Assembly (NCBI GenBank): GCA_965199825.1
Contig: OZ241329.1
Span: 64,001 to 128,000, forward strand
Length of the DNA stretch: 64,000 nt
Origin: Bdellovibrionales bacterium
GTDB lineage: Bacteria; Bdellovibrionota; Bdellovibrionia; Bdellovibrionales; UBA1609
Direction: 5' to 3'
Positions within the stretch are counted from its first letter, which is position 1; each line of letters opens with the position of its first letter. The translations under genes and the position numbers were made by a program. The notes beneath the pieces are model-generated. The model ran no database searches. It had not been told where the DNA came from and was given only the letters and a program-made list of their open reading frames with translations. Shown piece after piece: positions 1 through 9,802 of this stretch.

Positions 1-565
1 CATTCAAATTTCCGATCGATGCCGAAAGGGCCCATGTTTGAAGGTGTGGATTTAGACTGCGTAAATAAGAAAGATTGAGCTCCATCAAACTGCCGCGTTT
101 TGTGGATAAGAGCTCATGCCACTCATCAAGAATCACAGTGTCGATATTGGCCAATACCTTTTGTGAATCCGCCCGCGCAATCATTACCGCAAGCGATTCA
201 GGTGTGGTGAGTAAAATATCGGGAGGATGCTTTATTTGTCTGAGCCTCACCGAATTGGGTGTGTCACCGGTTCGAACACCCACGGTGAGCGGCCATTTTT
301 GCTCCTTGATGGGTTCGTCAATGGCAAGGGCCAGATCCCGACTAAGCGCTCTTAAGGGAGTGATGTAAAGAAGCTTTAAACCTTTTCGAGGGGATTTAAG
401 ATAGCGCATCATTGGGCCAAGGACTGCCGCAAAAGTTTTGCCCGCTCCCGTTGGGACGTGAAGCAAACCCGATTGCCCTTGGGCATAATGCTCCCAAACT
501 TTTTTTTGAAATGGAAAAGGCTTCCAGCCTCGAGACTCAAAAAACTTTTCGGCTTCAAAACTCAT
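1..565 (-). CDS. Ligase-associated DEXH-box (Lhr-core) helicase, N-terminal part; runs off the window start
   Basis: Not in the ORF track; translated by hand from the ATG at 565, which overlaps the ligase TGA. It reads MSFEAEKFFESRGWKPFPFQ...VPTGAGKT (Walker A)...LYITPLRAL...LDEWHEL (DEXH). It lies downstream of the ATP-dependent ligase. Confidence 0.93.
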   Translation of the reverse strand, partial: MSFEAEKFFESRGWKPFPFQKKVWEHYAQGQSGLLHVPTGAGKTFAAVLGPMMRYLKSPRKGLKLLYITPLRALSRDLALAIDEPIKEQKWPLTVGVRTGDTPNSVRLRQIKHPPDILLTTPESLAVMIARADSQKVLANIDTVILDEWHELLSTKRGSLMELNLSYLRSLNPHLQTWALSASIGNLN

Positions 566-2169
566 TGGCGATTTTCGAGTAAGAGTTTGGCGTTACTCAA
601 GGTGTCGGCATCGGCAACCGTTTTGTCTTTTCGCCATCGCAATATTCGAGGAAATCTCACCGCAATACCTGATTTGTGACGATTGGATTCAGAAATTCCT
701 TCGAATCCAATCTCAAAAACATGCTTGGCTTCAAGCGAACGTACAGGCCCAAATTTTTCTTTGGTGTGGCGCCGTATCCAATGATCAAGCTGATCAATCT
801 CTTTTTGATCAAGGCCTGAATAGGCTTTGGCAAAGGGCACAAGTTCTTCGCCGTTCCACAGTGCGAATGTATAATCGGTATAGAGGTTAGCGCGTCGACC
901 CGTTCCGGCTTGAGCATAAAGTAAAACCGCATCAAGGGTGAGCGGATCGACTTTATATTTCCACCACGCCCCAGTTTTACGGCCCACAACATAGGGACTA
1001 TGCGCCGACTTGATCATTAAGCCCTCGGCATGTTCGCCTCTTGCCCGAGCACGAAAATTTTTTAAGTCTTCGAGCTGCGGGATCTCTAAAACCTGAGAAA
1101 CAAAAAGGCGATCGGTCTGTTTATGATCAAATAAATTTTTTAATGTTTGTTTACGTTCCTTGAGGGGGAGGGGTCTGATGTCTTTACCCTCATGCTCCAA
1201 GATATCGTAAGCAATAAATCCTGCAGGATAACTTTTTAATGTTGGAGCAGAAACTTTTTTGCGCCCTAAACGTTTTTGCAAATCTTGAAACAGTGCGATC
1301 TTTTTTTCTTTGATCACAATGATTTCGCCATCCAATACCACACCCTCGGCAAAATCCTTAAACGCCTCAACAATGTCAGGAAATGAGCTGGTGATTTCTT
1401 CTTCCCCCCGCGACCAGATCCAAACTTTGTGATCGCGTAAAATCACCTGCGCCCGGATGCCATCGTATTTCCACTCGGCAATATAATCCTGAGGCAACCA
1501 GGTTTTTTCAACTTTTTCAGACCACGAATGAGCTAAACAAAAAGGATAGGGCTGGCTGGGTAAGAGCTCTTCGGTTTCTTTTGAGACCAAGGCTCTAAAG
1601 CTTTCTTCACCGGGAGTTTTTGCACCGGTTAAGCGGTGGGCCAACTGATCGGTGGGCACATCATACACTTCACTCAGGGCCCGAATAATCAATTTCTCGC
1701 TCACACCCACCCGAAAGGATCCGGTCATTAATTTACTGAGTAAAAAAATCTCAAGCGCATCAAGATTGTTCCAAAGCGACAAGAGATACTGAGCGCGTTC
1801 AACATCGTTTTCGATTTTTGAGAGCTTTGGAATCTCAACTTCGAGCCATTCGGTCAAACTCCGTTGCACTTGGGCTTTACCGGTTAGCCCCTCGGTTTGA
1901 AGGAGGAGACTGATAGTCTCTGCGGTATCGCCCACATGATGTCGACTTTCTTCGTACAACCATTCCGGATAACCGGTTGAAAGGATAAACATCTGACGCA
2001 AATTTCTTGAGGTGATATTTCTTTTCACCGTTCGGCCAGTTAAAATAAGAACCGCCCACATCGCATCCGAAGCCGAGCTTGCCGAAAAATATTTTCTTAA
2101 AGCCGCGATCTTTTCTAATGTCGATGTTGTGGAGTCGAGTTCGTCATAAAGTTTGGCAAACTCGTTCAT
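562..2169 (-). CDS. ATP-dependent DNA ligase (Lhr/exonuclease-associated type)
   Basis: EWKYDGIRAQ adenylation motif, LDGEI, EGLMIK, WWKYK and RFPR motifs. Confidence 0.96.
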   Translation of the reverse strand: MNEFAKLYDELDSTTSTLEKIAALRKYFSASSASDAMWAVLILTGRTVKRNITSRNLRQMFILSTGYPEWLYEESRHHVGDTAETISLLLQTEGLTGKAQVQRSLTEWLEVEIPKLSKIENDVERAQYLLSLWNNLDALEIFLLSKLMTGSFRVGVSEKLIIRALSEVYDVPTDQLAHRLTGAKTPGEESFRALVSKETEELLPSQPYPFCLAHSWSEKVEKTWLPQDYIAEWKYDGIRAQVILRDHKVWIWSRGEEEITSSFPDIVEAFKDFAEGVVLDGEIIVIKEKKIALFQDLQKRLGRKKVSAPTLKSYPAGFIAYDILEHEGKDIRPLPLKERKQTLKNLFDHKQTDRLFVSQVLEIPQLEDLKNFRARARGEHAEGLMIKSAHSPYVVGRKTGAWWKYKVDPLTLDAVLLYAQAGTGRRANLYTDYTFALWNGEELVPFAKAYSGLDQKEIDQLDHWIRRHTKEKFGPVRSLEAKHVFEIGFEGISESNRHKSGIAVRFPRILRWRKDKTVADADTLSNAKLLLENRQ

Positions 2170-3152
2170 GCCTGCTCCTCAGGATCGGCAAACTCTGTTT
2201 TAAATAAACACACCTGATAATTTTTTTGGGTCAAATATTTTTCTAAAATATCGGTATTGCCATGAGTTAAGAACACACGGCGAGCCCCGGTTTCCTCGAT
2301 CGTTTTGATTAGATCATTCCAGTCGGCATGATCAGAAAGAACAAAACCTTTTTCGTAACCCCTGCGTCGGCGTGCACCCCGCAGTTGCATCCAACCTGAT
2401 GCAAAACCGGTTTGAGGGGCCTTGAAACGTTTCATCCAGGTAGAGCGATGGGCCGAGGGTGGAGCCAGAATCAGGTCTCCTGCAAAATTATAATCCTTGG
2501 GCATATCGGTCACAAGTTTGGTGGGTAAGATCGGAATGTTTTGGTCTCGGTAAATCTCGTTGAGTGATTCAACCGCACCATGAACAAACACGGTTCGATT
2601 GGTGAACTTTAAGAGCTCGGCCAAAATTCTCTGGGCTTTTCCTAAAGCGTAGCAAAACAAAAGAGACGGCCTTTCAAGATCAGAATGCCACCACTCGAAA
2701 ATCTTTTTGGCGGTGAGTTCACCACTTTCCCAATTGTAAATCGGGACGGCAAAAGTGGCTTCAGAAATAAAAGTGTCACAAGGAACAACCTCAAAGGGAT
2801 CGCACGAAGGATCCGCACCTCTTTTGTAATCTCCTGATGCAACCCAGACCTCACCTTTGTGCTCGACCCGAACTTGGGCCGATCCCAAAATATGCCCCGC
2901 CGAATGAAAGCTCACCCAGGTGTCACCCATCCGAAATTTTTCGCCAAAGGGGTAGCCCTTGGCAGTGACACGCAGTCGCCGATCCATCAATGGAATCGAA
3001 GCATTGCAACAGGTGTAATGATCGTTTCCAGGACGAGCGTGGTCAGCATGAACGTGTGTGATCACCGCATTTTTTACGGGCCGCCACGGATCAATAAAGA
3101 AGTCTCCCGGAGCGCAGTAGAGCCCTTGTTTTTCGATTCGAATAAGATCCAT
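2166..3152 (-). CDS. Ligase-associated DNA damage response exonuclease (metallo-beta-lactamase fold)
   Basis: ITHVHADH, AGHILGS, SGDYK, YALGKAQR and SDHADW motifs; start trimmed to MDLIRIEK (ATG 3152). Confidence 0.95.
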   Translation of the reverse strand: MDLIRIEKQGLYCAPGDFFIDPWRPVKNAVITHVHADHARPGNDHYTCCNASIPLMDRRLRVTAKGYPFGEKFRMGDTWVSFHSAGHILGSAQVRVEHKGEVWVASGDYKRGADPSCDPFEVVPCDTFISEATFAVPIYNWESGELTAKKIFEWWHSDLERPSLLFCYALGKAQRILAELLKFTNRTVFVHGAVESLNEIYRDQNIPILPTKLVTDMPKDYNFAGDLILAPPSAHRSTWMKRFKAPQTGFASGWMQLRGARRRRGYEKGFVLSDHADWNDLIKTIEETGARRVFLTHGNTDILEKYLTQKNYQVCLFKTEFADPEEQA

Positions 3153-3248
3153 CCGAGATCTATAGCAAACCAAATACCATCTCAAAACCTAGACAGAATC
3201 AAAGAATGTGATAGCCTCAATCACACTCTTAAAGGGGGGCTTTCAAGT

Positions 3249-4412
3249 TTGTATAAGATCTTAATTTGTTCATTGTTGATGGGTTGTGGCACATTTAAAA
3301 AACCAGAAGCCGAGCGCCAAGATCTTAAATCTCAATTGACCGCTTTTTTTTCGGAACCCACAAGTCTTGGGCTTACCAAGATCTCGCAGCGAATCCAGAC
3401 CCAATCTTTGATCGATGACAATTATGCCCTTGCGGTGGGATTTGAACATGCCCTTGACCCAAAGATGATGGAGCAAGCGGCGGCTGCCTTTCAAAAAAAT
3501 CCGGAGCTCACATATCAAATGCTTTTTTTGTTGGCCTTTGATCTTTCAAACCACGTTGGTTTTTTGCCCATGCGCGAAGCTTATTTTGAGTATCGAAAAA
3601 AACATGAGGCCCTTGCGCCGTATGACAACTTGATTCAGATGTTGTCGGGCGATTCTCTCATTAGCCAAACCGAAACGGTCATACAGAGCTTGAAATCTCA
3701 GTGGAATCAATTGTCGATGGGTCAAAAAGTTCGAATTATAAAGGGACTTGCTGATAGTCACATTGATGATCAAAAATTTGTGGCGCGCAGCTTCAGTAAC
3801 CATGACGAATTTTTAAGGACCAAGAGAAAGCGCATTAGCACCGTGGCTAAAAAAGAATCCGAAGAGATCTACTCGTTGTTTGCAACCACTCAGCTTTTTA
3901 AAATGCAAACTCCTGTGATCAACGAGCTCGAGCGCTTTGCCGACAATCCCACCGAAAAGTCACTACGAAATTTGCGCCACGTGTGTGCACAGGTAAATCG
4001 AACCGACGACACCCCGACTCTTGATCAATTAAATCCGCGCCACTTTCGCGATATCGAATCCCACTTGGCGAGTGGTGATATCACCACCGCTCGAGGACTG
4101 ATTATGATGATGGAAAAAAAATGTCTCAAAGACCCCGCGGTCAAGGGCCCGGTGGCTTGGTTGGGTTCGACTTTGAGTTGTCAATATCCTGAAATTTTGC
4201 TCGAAGGATTAACTCTAGAACATCCCAAAGCATCGACCACTTTTCAGATTATCAATTACGACAATGGCCAAAAATGTGGAGTAAATAAGAACTTTATTTT
4301 TCACAAAATTCAGTTGTTGTCTGAAGTCGAAACCCAAAATCCTTCAGAAGAAGATACGCTTGAGGAGATTCTTCACCATTTTAAAATATCTCGCCGCAAG
4401 CCGCAGTTTTAA
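3249..4412 (+). CDS. Hypothetical lipoprotein
   Basis: The ORF-track start (2859) overlaps the exonuclease. An in-frame TTG at 3249 after a G-rich RBS-like tract gives MYKILICSLLMGC (lipobox). Confidence 0.7.
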   Translation: MYKILICSLLMGCGTFKKPEAERQDLKSQLTAFFSEPTSLGLTKISQRIQTQSLIDDNYALAVGFEHALDPKMMEQAAAAFQKNPELTYQMLFLLAFDLSNHVGFLPMREAYFEYRKKHEALAPYDNLIQMLSGDSLISQTETVIQSLKSQWNQLSMGQKVRIIKGLADSHIDDQKFVARSFSNHDEFLRTKRKRISTVAKKESEEIYSLFATTQLFKMQTPVINELERFADNPTEKSLRNLRHVCAQVNRTDDTPTLDQLNPRHFRDIESHLASGDITTARGLIMMMEKKCLKDPAVKGPVAWLGSTLSCQYPEILLEGLTLEHPKASTTFQIINYDNGQKCGVNKNFIFHKIQLLSEVETQNPSEEDTLEEILHHFKISRRKPQF

Positions 4413-5170
4413 AGCAATGGCCTGTGCACTTTTAAAACCTCATCGTGCGCAAGCTTTGCCTTTGCTGCCAAGTCATCTTCGGATTGAATGATGAACGAAG
4501 GTAAGAATTCAACACTGACGGTGGCCTCTCTAAAACGGGCGACGTTGAACAAATGCGGAACAAAACTCATCGAGCCATACCAGCAAATGCGATCGCGCAG
4601 CTCGAGATCAATTTTTTTGCCATCAATCGTTAAATAGTTAATACAAAATGGCATAACCGGCTTCCCAGATTGCTGAGCTGCCAAAAAAAGCGAGCGCCGA
4701 AATCGAAGTACGGTTTCGCCATTGGTGCTGGTGGCTTCGGGAAAAACCATCACATGATTGCGATGTTCAAGCACTGTTGCAATCTCGCTGACTTCGCCAA
4801 GAATTTTGAGTTGTTTTTTTCGATTTACAAAAACGCAACCGGCTAGCCGACAGATATGACCCAAAAAAAAGGAATCTCTCACCTCGGTTGAGGTCACAAA
4901 GCATGCGGGCACGCAATTAGATAATACAAGCACATCAAGATATGAGACATGATTGCCGGCAAGGAGAGTGCCTGAAATTTTTGGTAACTCTCCTTTTACG
5001 CTCACTTTAAATTTTAAGACCTTGATCGCAAAACGACAATAGAGCGCGATCACCTCAACCAATCGTCGTCGCCGCTCCCACGTGTCGCGTTTAAAAATCC
5101 ACACCGCACTTGCATGAACAAAGTAGGCACCAATCACCGCGACGATTTGCAAGAGTTTAAAAGCAATCAT
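4409..5170 (-). CDS. Lysophospholipid acyltransferase (PlsC/OlsA-like)
   Basis: NHVSYLD (HX4D), FVNR and VFPEATST motifs; coupled to the upstream GNAT gene. Confidence 0.9.
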   Translation of the reverse strand: MIAFKLLQIVAVIGAYFVHASAVWIFKRDTWERRRRLVEVIALYCRFAIKVLKFKVSVKGELPKISGTLLAGNHVSYLDVLVLSNCVPACFVTSTEVRDSFFLGHICRLAGCVFVNRKKQLKILGEVSEIATVLEHRNHVMVFPEATSTNGETVLRFRRSLFLAAQQSGKPVMPFCINYLTIDGKKIDLELRDRICWYGSMSFVPHLFNVARFREATVSVEFLPSFIIQSEDDLAAKAKLAHDEVLKVHRPLL

Positions 5171-5940
5171 ATGGAATTAAAAAATCGTTCGCGAAAACGC
5201 CGATTGAGTTTTTTTAAATCAAGAATGGTCAGCAAATCGACACAAGAAAAGACCTTATCGTGAGCGGGCTCACCATAAACTGCTGCACCTGCCTGCAAAT
5301 AACTTCGAAGAAGCGGAGGCAAAAGCTCACGCAATTTTTTACCGTCAGCACTTTCAGATTTGTTATTAAATTTGAAAGTTTCGAATTTATATTTGGAGGT
5401 CGAGCAAATATCAAATTCATGTAGCCACTGATGTTTTTTAGAAAGCTCAAAATAAAGCGCCTCAAAAACAACATGATCAACTGTCTTCACACTCGAGCAT
5501 CCGAATAAATAATCCGCCTTTGAGGCCGAAATGTAGCGAGCAAGTCCCTTCCATAAAAGATCGATGGTGATCCCGTTACGAAATTCATGATGAATGCAAG
5601 CCCTGCCCAGTTCGAGTTTAATCCCCTCTGATTTTAAAAATTGATCCATCTGAAATTCATCTTGAGAGTAAAAACTTTCGACAAAATTCGAACAAAGCAA
5701 ACGATACGTCCCAACAAGCATCTGGTCTACTTTTCTTATTATGAGAAGATGATCGCCCGAATAGTCAAAAGGCTCGAGATCCAAGCCACTTTCTTTTTCA
5801 CGCCCCTGCCATTCGCGGATAAAAATCTCGTGACGCAGTTTTAAGACATTAATAAATTCGGATTGGGTTTCGGCAGTTTTGACTAAAAAACCGTCACCTT
5901 CAAATTGTACGTGGAGCTTGGGCTTAAAGGGGTGAATCAC
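5167..5940 (-). CDS. GNAT N-acyltransferase, OlsB-like (ornithine/amino-lipid synthesis)
   Basis: LRHEIF...DxxDHLL...VGTYRL, ELGRACI, YLFGCSS and LPPLLRSYL motifs. Confidence 0.85.
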   Translation of the reverse strand: MIHPFKPKLHVQFEGDGFLVKTAETQSEFINVLKLRHEIFIREWQGREKESGLDLEPFDYSGDHLLIIRKVDQMLVGTYRLLCSNFVESFYSQDEFQMDQFLKSEGIKLELGRACIHHEFRNGITIDLLWKGLARYISASKADYLFGCSSVKTVDHVVFEALYFELSKKHQWLHEFDICSTSKYKFETFKFNNKSESADGKKLRELLPPLLRSYLQAGAAVYGEPAHDKVFSCVDLLTILDLKKLNRRFRERFFNSI

Positions 5941-6039
5941 GAAAAGACTGTGTCAGTTTTTCGTTCACTTGAAAAGACTTTCGCTGCAGGCGGACAAAAA
6001 TCGATTTATGCCAACCCTCGAATCAACCGAAATTATTCT

Positions 6040-6639
6040 ATGGGAATGTTAGATCGATATAAAAAATCAGGTGGATTTCTTCAGCTTGTTCAATTGGTCG
6101 AAACCACATTGGGCACAAAGCGCGAGCAAATTCTCAAAATCATACATGATGAAAATCCTCGATGGGCCGAGCAAGTAAAAACAAAAATGCTGACGGTCGA
6201 AAAAATTCTCGGGTGGGACGATCAGATCGTTGCCGACATCATGAAACTCATGAATGATCTGACTCTCTCAGTTGCTCTCATGGGACTTGGCAAAAAGTAT
6301 GAAGATAAAGTTTTTGAGTTCTTTGATAATGGGCGTAAGCGACGCATTCGCGATCTGATTGAAATCAAGAATCCAACTTCTGGTGAAATTGCCGCAGCCT
6401 ACATAAAAATTGTTGAAGAAGTTCGGGCAATGCTGATGAATGGATCCCTTCGTTTTGATAAACTGGATTTAAGCCTTCAGATAGAACAAAATATCGAAGA
6501 CAAATTGGCTTCGAACGTCAGCGAAGATTTTGAGCGCACCAGCAAACAGATCACAGTTTTGACCTTTGAGAACAAAAAACTGCAAAACGAGATTAAAGTT
6601 TTAAAAGACAAGCTGGAGCAAATCAAAAAAATCGTTTAG
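6040..6639 (+). CDS. Orphan FliG C-terminal-domain-like protein with C-terminal coiled coil
   Basis: MGMLDRYKKSGGFLQLVQL..., followed by a segment resembling the FliG C-domain (LSVALMG...RRIRDLIE...IVEEVRAMLMNGSL); start trimmed to ATG 6040. Confidence 0.65.
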   Translation: MGMLDRYKKSGGFLQLVQLVETTLGTKREQILKIIHDENPRWAEQVKTKMLTVEKILGWDDQIVADIMKLMNDLTLSVALMGLGKKYEDKVFEFFDNGRKRRIRDLIEIKNPTSGEIAAAYIKIVEEVRAMLMNGSLRFDKLDLSLQIEQNIEDKLASNVSEDFERTSKQITVLTFENKKLQNEIKVLKDKLEQIKKIV

Positions 6640-6648
6640 AACTAAACA

Positions 6649-7554
6649 ATGAGAAAAATATGTTTAGTTTTAGCTGTCTTTTTTTCTGCCTGTACCACGA
6701 CTCAAAAAACACCCGAACTCATTCGTAAACCTCTGACATTTAGCTTAGGCGAAGTGCTTTGGACGGTTCACAATCAAACCAAGGCGAATACTTTTTTTGC
6801 CGACAATTTGCGGTTTCGTGTTCAGTCCTCACTTATTGAATCCCCGACAGTTGAGGCAAAGACCATCAAATTTCTCAATGAAACACAAATTCAGATCTTA
6901 AGCAGCCATGCGCACAGCGACTTGATCTCGACTTTGGTGTCCGAAGCGCTAAGTGAGCGCGAGGGCGTGGCATTCGTCGGCATCAAAGTAAACGACCTGG
7001 CGACACTCAAAGATATTTTAAAGCAGCGCCAAATTCCTTTTTCAGAAGTTCAATGGGGAAACACTCAGGCTTTGTTCTTTCCAGAATTTTTGCGGCTCAA
7101 AACATTTTATTTTTTTCAAGCTCCAGAACCAAAAATCATGACGATGGAAACACACCCCAACTCGGCCGAAGGATTAGAAGAGGCGTGGATTGCGGTGGAT
7201 GATTTTTATGCTCTCGAGAATGATTTTGCAGCTTTTGGTTTTCCCGAGTCGCAGCCCACTCTGCTCCAGCCCTTTCGAGCCACCGCAAAGAGCATCGTAT
7301 TTCAGTCAGGATCGCTGCACTTTGTGCAGCGTGAACATCTTGAGGAAAACGACAAACAGTTTTTGCGCGGTGACACCAACACAGTTCTTGGAGTGTCCAT
7401 CAAAGTCTCAAGCATCGAGACCACTTCTAAACTATTGACCGGAAAGCACAGAGTGGATCATGCCACCACTCGGTATAATCAAAAATCCTGTATCTTGATT
7501 CCGGCAAAAAACAGTTTGGGAAGTTGGCTTGAGCTCGCAAGACCGATGAACTAA
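6649..7554 (+). CDS. Lipoprotein with VOC/glyoxalase-like repeats
   Basis: Lipobox FSAC; HPNSAEGLEEAWIAVDD and GVSIKVSSI...GSWLEL resemble VOC modules. Confidence 0.6.
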   Translation: MRKICLVLAVFFSACTTTQKTPELIRKPLTFSLGEVLWTVHNQTKANTFFADNLRFRVQSSLIESPTVEAKTIKFLNETQIQILSSHAHSDLISTLVSEALSEREGVAFVGIKVNDLATLKDILKQRQIPFSEVQWGNTQALFFPEFLRLKTFYFFQAPEPKIMTMETHPNSAEGLEEAWIAVDDFYALENDFAAFGFPESQPTLLQPFRATAKSIVFQSGSLHFVQREHLEENDKQFLRGDTNTVLGVSIKVSSIETTSKLLTGKHRVDHATTRYNQKSCILIPAKNSLGSWLELARPMN

Positions 7555-7576
7555 ACCATCGTACACAGAAGAAAGT

Positions 7577-7653
7577 TGGTAGCGAGGGAGAGACTTGAAC
7601 TCCCGACACGCGGATTATGATTCCGCTGCTCTAACCAGCTGAGCTACCCCGCC
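7577..7653 (-). tRNA. tRNA-Met (CAT), probably elongator
   Basis: GGCGGGGTAGCTCAGCTGGTTAGAGCAGCGGAATCATAATCCGCGTGTCGGGAGTTCAAGTCTCTCCCTCGCTACCA folds as a cloverleaf with encoded CCA. It has a G1-U72 pair rather than the initiator C1:A72 mismatch. Confidence 0.95.
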
Positions 7654-7670
7654 ACTTTTAAGGAATTAAT

Positions 7671-7699
7671 GAGATAGCTGGACTCAGAAATCGTGTCAA
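7671..7699 (-). promoter_or_regulatory. Sigma70-type promoter for tRNA-Met
   Basis: TTGACA-N17-TATCTC upstream of the tRNA. Confidence 0.55.
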
Positions 7700-7750
7700 C
7701 ACAGCTTATTTTTAATTGCGACAGTCCATACAGACCTCCATAATTGAGAG

Positions 7751-8239
7751 GTGCAAAAAATCCTTTTTCTTTTTATTTTTGCTTTGGCGGGTTGCGCCCT
7801 GTTTCGCGAAAACGCTGGACCTCCACCCTCCTTTGGACCTCGAGAGCAAGTTTACAATGGAGCTTATGATTCGATTTGGCGAGCCACACAAATTGTGATG
7901 CAGTCTTACCCGTTAAGGGTCAACAACATGGATGGCGGAATGATCGAGACCGAATCCATCCGTGGTTTTAAAGGTTTCACCCCACCTTATGAACCCAACA
8001 CGACATCAGCAGGACTGAGCTATGCTTTGACCGTGCGTTTGGTAAAGGGGTTTGTAAACGACAAAGATACGGTCAAGGTGAGTATTCTAAAATCAATTGA
8101 GCTCACTCCCGATTTTTTTTCCGAACCTAAGAGATTTCCGTCAGACGGGATGGAAGAAAAAATGCTTCTTTACCGAATCCATCGCGAGATGCAAATCGAA
8201 AAAGCCATGGAAAAAGCCCAAAAGAAAAGTTTAAAGTGA
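7751..8239 (+). CDS. Hypothetical lipoprotein (helix-grip/BamC-like fold possible)
   Basis: Lipobox LAGC; YDSIWRATQIVM...GMIETE pattern. Confidence 0.7.
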   Translation: MQKILFLFIFALAGCALFRENAGPPPSFGPREQVYNGAYDSIWRATQIVMQSYPLRVNNMDGGMIETESIRGFKGFTPPYEPNTTSAGLSYALTVRLVKGFVNDKDTVKVSILKSIELTPDFFSEPKRFPSDGMEEKMLLYRIHREMQIEKAMEKAQKKSLK

Positions 8240-8884
8240 GCGTGTTTGGAGCCACTCTTCGCGGCTCAAATTTTTGCCCGTCACCTTTTGTAGTCCATGA
8301 AGAGCCATGGGGTGAAGCGTGCTGTCTTTATCTTTTAACAAATCCTGAAATTGATTGCGGCTGCCACGATTTGAAAACTGAAGTAGAGTCTGTGCGATAT
8401 GCTTCCTAATCCAAAGACTTTGACCGTTACGAAAGTTTTCTTCGGCAAACAATTTTTTCCATAACACGCCACTGCTTTCTGCCGCATTGAGATCGCTCAA
8501 AACCTGCACCGCCGAAGTCCTGACCACAAGTGCTGGATCGGAAAGTAAACTGGAAGCGGCTTCAATCGCGCGCGGCCGACTACAATTTTTGAGAGCAATC
8601 AGTGCGGCATTACGTAAAAACCATTCTTTTGAACTTAAATTTGCTTGTAGAATTGGGATTGATCGCTCGGGATCAATCCTGCTCAAAGCGGTTAAAGATC
8701 TCCACCGCACCTGTAGCGGCTGAGAAGAATCCTCGCTCACCGTCTTGAGGGTGGCAAAAGGTTGCCGAATTGTTTTTAAAACTTCGATTCTTTTTTCTAG
8801 GGGCAGCCGCAGAGCCAAGACAGCATCCTCAAAGGGCGTCGCAAAAACATTAAAAACTACAAGTAAACAAAATAAATTTATCAT
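8231..8884 (-). CDS. Secreted HEAT-repeat protein
   Basis: Signal peptide; repeats VRWRSLTAL, LRNAALIAL, VRTSAVQVL and IRKHIAQTL. Confidence 0.8.
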   Translation of the reverse strand: MINLFCLLVVFNVFATPFEDAVLALRLPLEKRIEVLKTIRQPFATLKTVSEDSSQPLQVRWRSLTALSRIDPERSIPILQANLSSKEWFLRNAALIALKNCSRPRAIEAASSLLSDPALVVRTSAVQVLSDLNAAESSGVLWKKLFAEENFRNGQSLWIRKHIAQTLLQFSNRGSRNQFQDLLKDKDSTLHPMALHGLQKVTGKNLSREEWLQTRSL

Positions 8885-9747
8885 GTTTTACCTTGTGTGC
8901 TTGTGCCGTCCATCAGGGCTGCCATCGCCGCAACTTCTTCGATCATTTTTGAAGTGCTACTATCAATTTCTAAACCTGTTTCGGCTGCCGAATTGGCGGT
9001 TTCGTCGATCATTGCATTTGCAGTTTCAGGATCAGAGAATTCGGCGAGCACATCTTCAGAACTGATCATCGCGATTCTCTCTTTGATCTCAACAGGTGGA
9101 GCTGTGGGTTCGGTCGCATCGGTGACCGCCGCCTGAAATTCGGCAACGATATCGTCTTGTGTTTGATTGTCTTCAGGCGCTTCCGCTTCAGTGGGTTCGG
9201 CTTCAAAGGGTTCGTCCTGTGCGATTTCAACCAATGCCGGCATTGACCCTTTATTGTTGAGAGCATCCAGTTGGGCTTTTAAGCGAGCATTTTCTTCTTT
9301 AAATAAAGAGAGATCGGCAATGTCATCCTCAAGGATTTCGTACTCAGCCAATCGACTTTCGAGATCCTTTAATTTTTCCGAAACATCACCCGAATCGGCA
9401 ACAGCCACAGGCATCGATTTAAGTTGGACTTTTAAATCTTCAATTTCTTTTTCGCGGAGCGAAAGTTGTTCTAAAACTTTTGGGTCAGCCACGGTTCTCA
9501 CCACACTTGTGTCGACCGGAGGTGCCGTGGCGAGATGAAGTTTTATCCCTTGAGTCTCTTCTAATATTTTATCGAGTGTGCCGGCAAAGGGCGTATCCCC
9601 TTTTGCTGTTTTAGTCTCAGACTTTCCAAACACAAGTCGGAGCATCATCAATGTGGTGATCAAAGCAATGATAAACAAAAGCCATTGAATAATGGACTGA
9701 TTATTAGCGGTGTTGGTCACGTAATGAAGAAACTCATCCAATTTCAT
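8881..9747 (-). CDS. Hypothetical single-pass membrane protein with coiled coil and acidic tail
   Basis: One TM (WLLFIIALITTLMML), heptad region LESRLAEYEILEDDIADLSLFKEENARLK, acidic C-terminus; probable start ATG 9747. Confidence 0.75.
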   Translation of the reverse strand: MKLDEFLHYVTNTANNQSIIQWLLFIIALITTLMMLRLVFGKSETKTAKGDTPFAGTLDKILEETQGIKLHLATAPPVDTSVVRTVADPKVLEQLSLREKEIEDLKVQLKSMPVAVADSGDVSEKLKDLESRLAEYEILEDDIADLSLFKEENARLKAQLDALNNKGSMPALVEIAQDEPFEAEPTEAEAPEDNQTQDDIVAEFQAAVTDATEPTAPPVEIKERIAMISSEDVLAEFSDPETANAMIDETANSAAETGLEIDSSTSKMIEEVAAMAALMDGTSTQGKT

Positions 9748-9802
9748 ATTGCTATTGTCTTGAATGATACGAAAATTGGTCAAGGCCTCTTGCTAAAAAG
9801 GT

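Noticed and set aside
75..992. ORF-track entries 75-368, 458-679 and 657-992
   Set aside because: Shadow ORFs over the helicase and ligase, which carry clear motifs.
1..3152. Lhr helicase-ligase-exonuclease cluster as a novel system
   Set aside because: Already described widespread DNA-repair cluster; the associated metallophosphoesterase is probably beyond the window.
2859..3248. N-terminal 130 aa of the 517-aa + strand ORF
   Set aside because: Mostly antisense to the exonuclease; a lipoprotein start with an RBS-like tract exists at 3249.
7577..7653. tRNA(CAT) as initiator or Ile2
   Set aside because: No C1:A72 mismatch or GGG/CCC anticodon stem, so not initiator. Ile2 is less likely but needs tRNAscan-SE isotype models to exclude.
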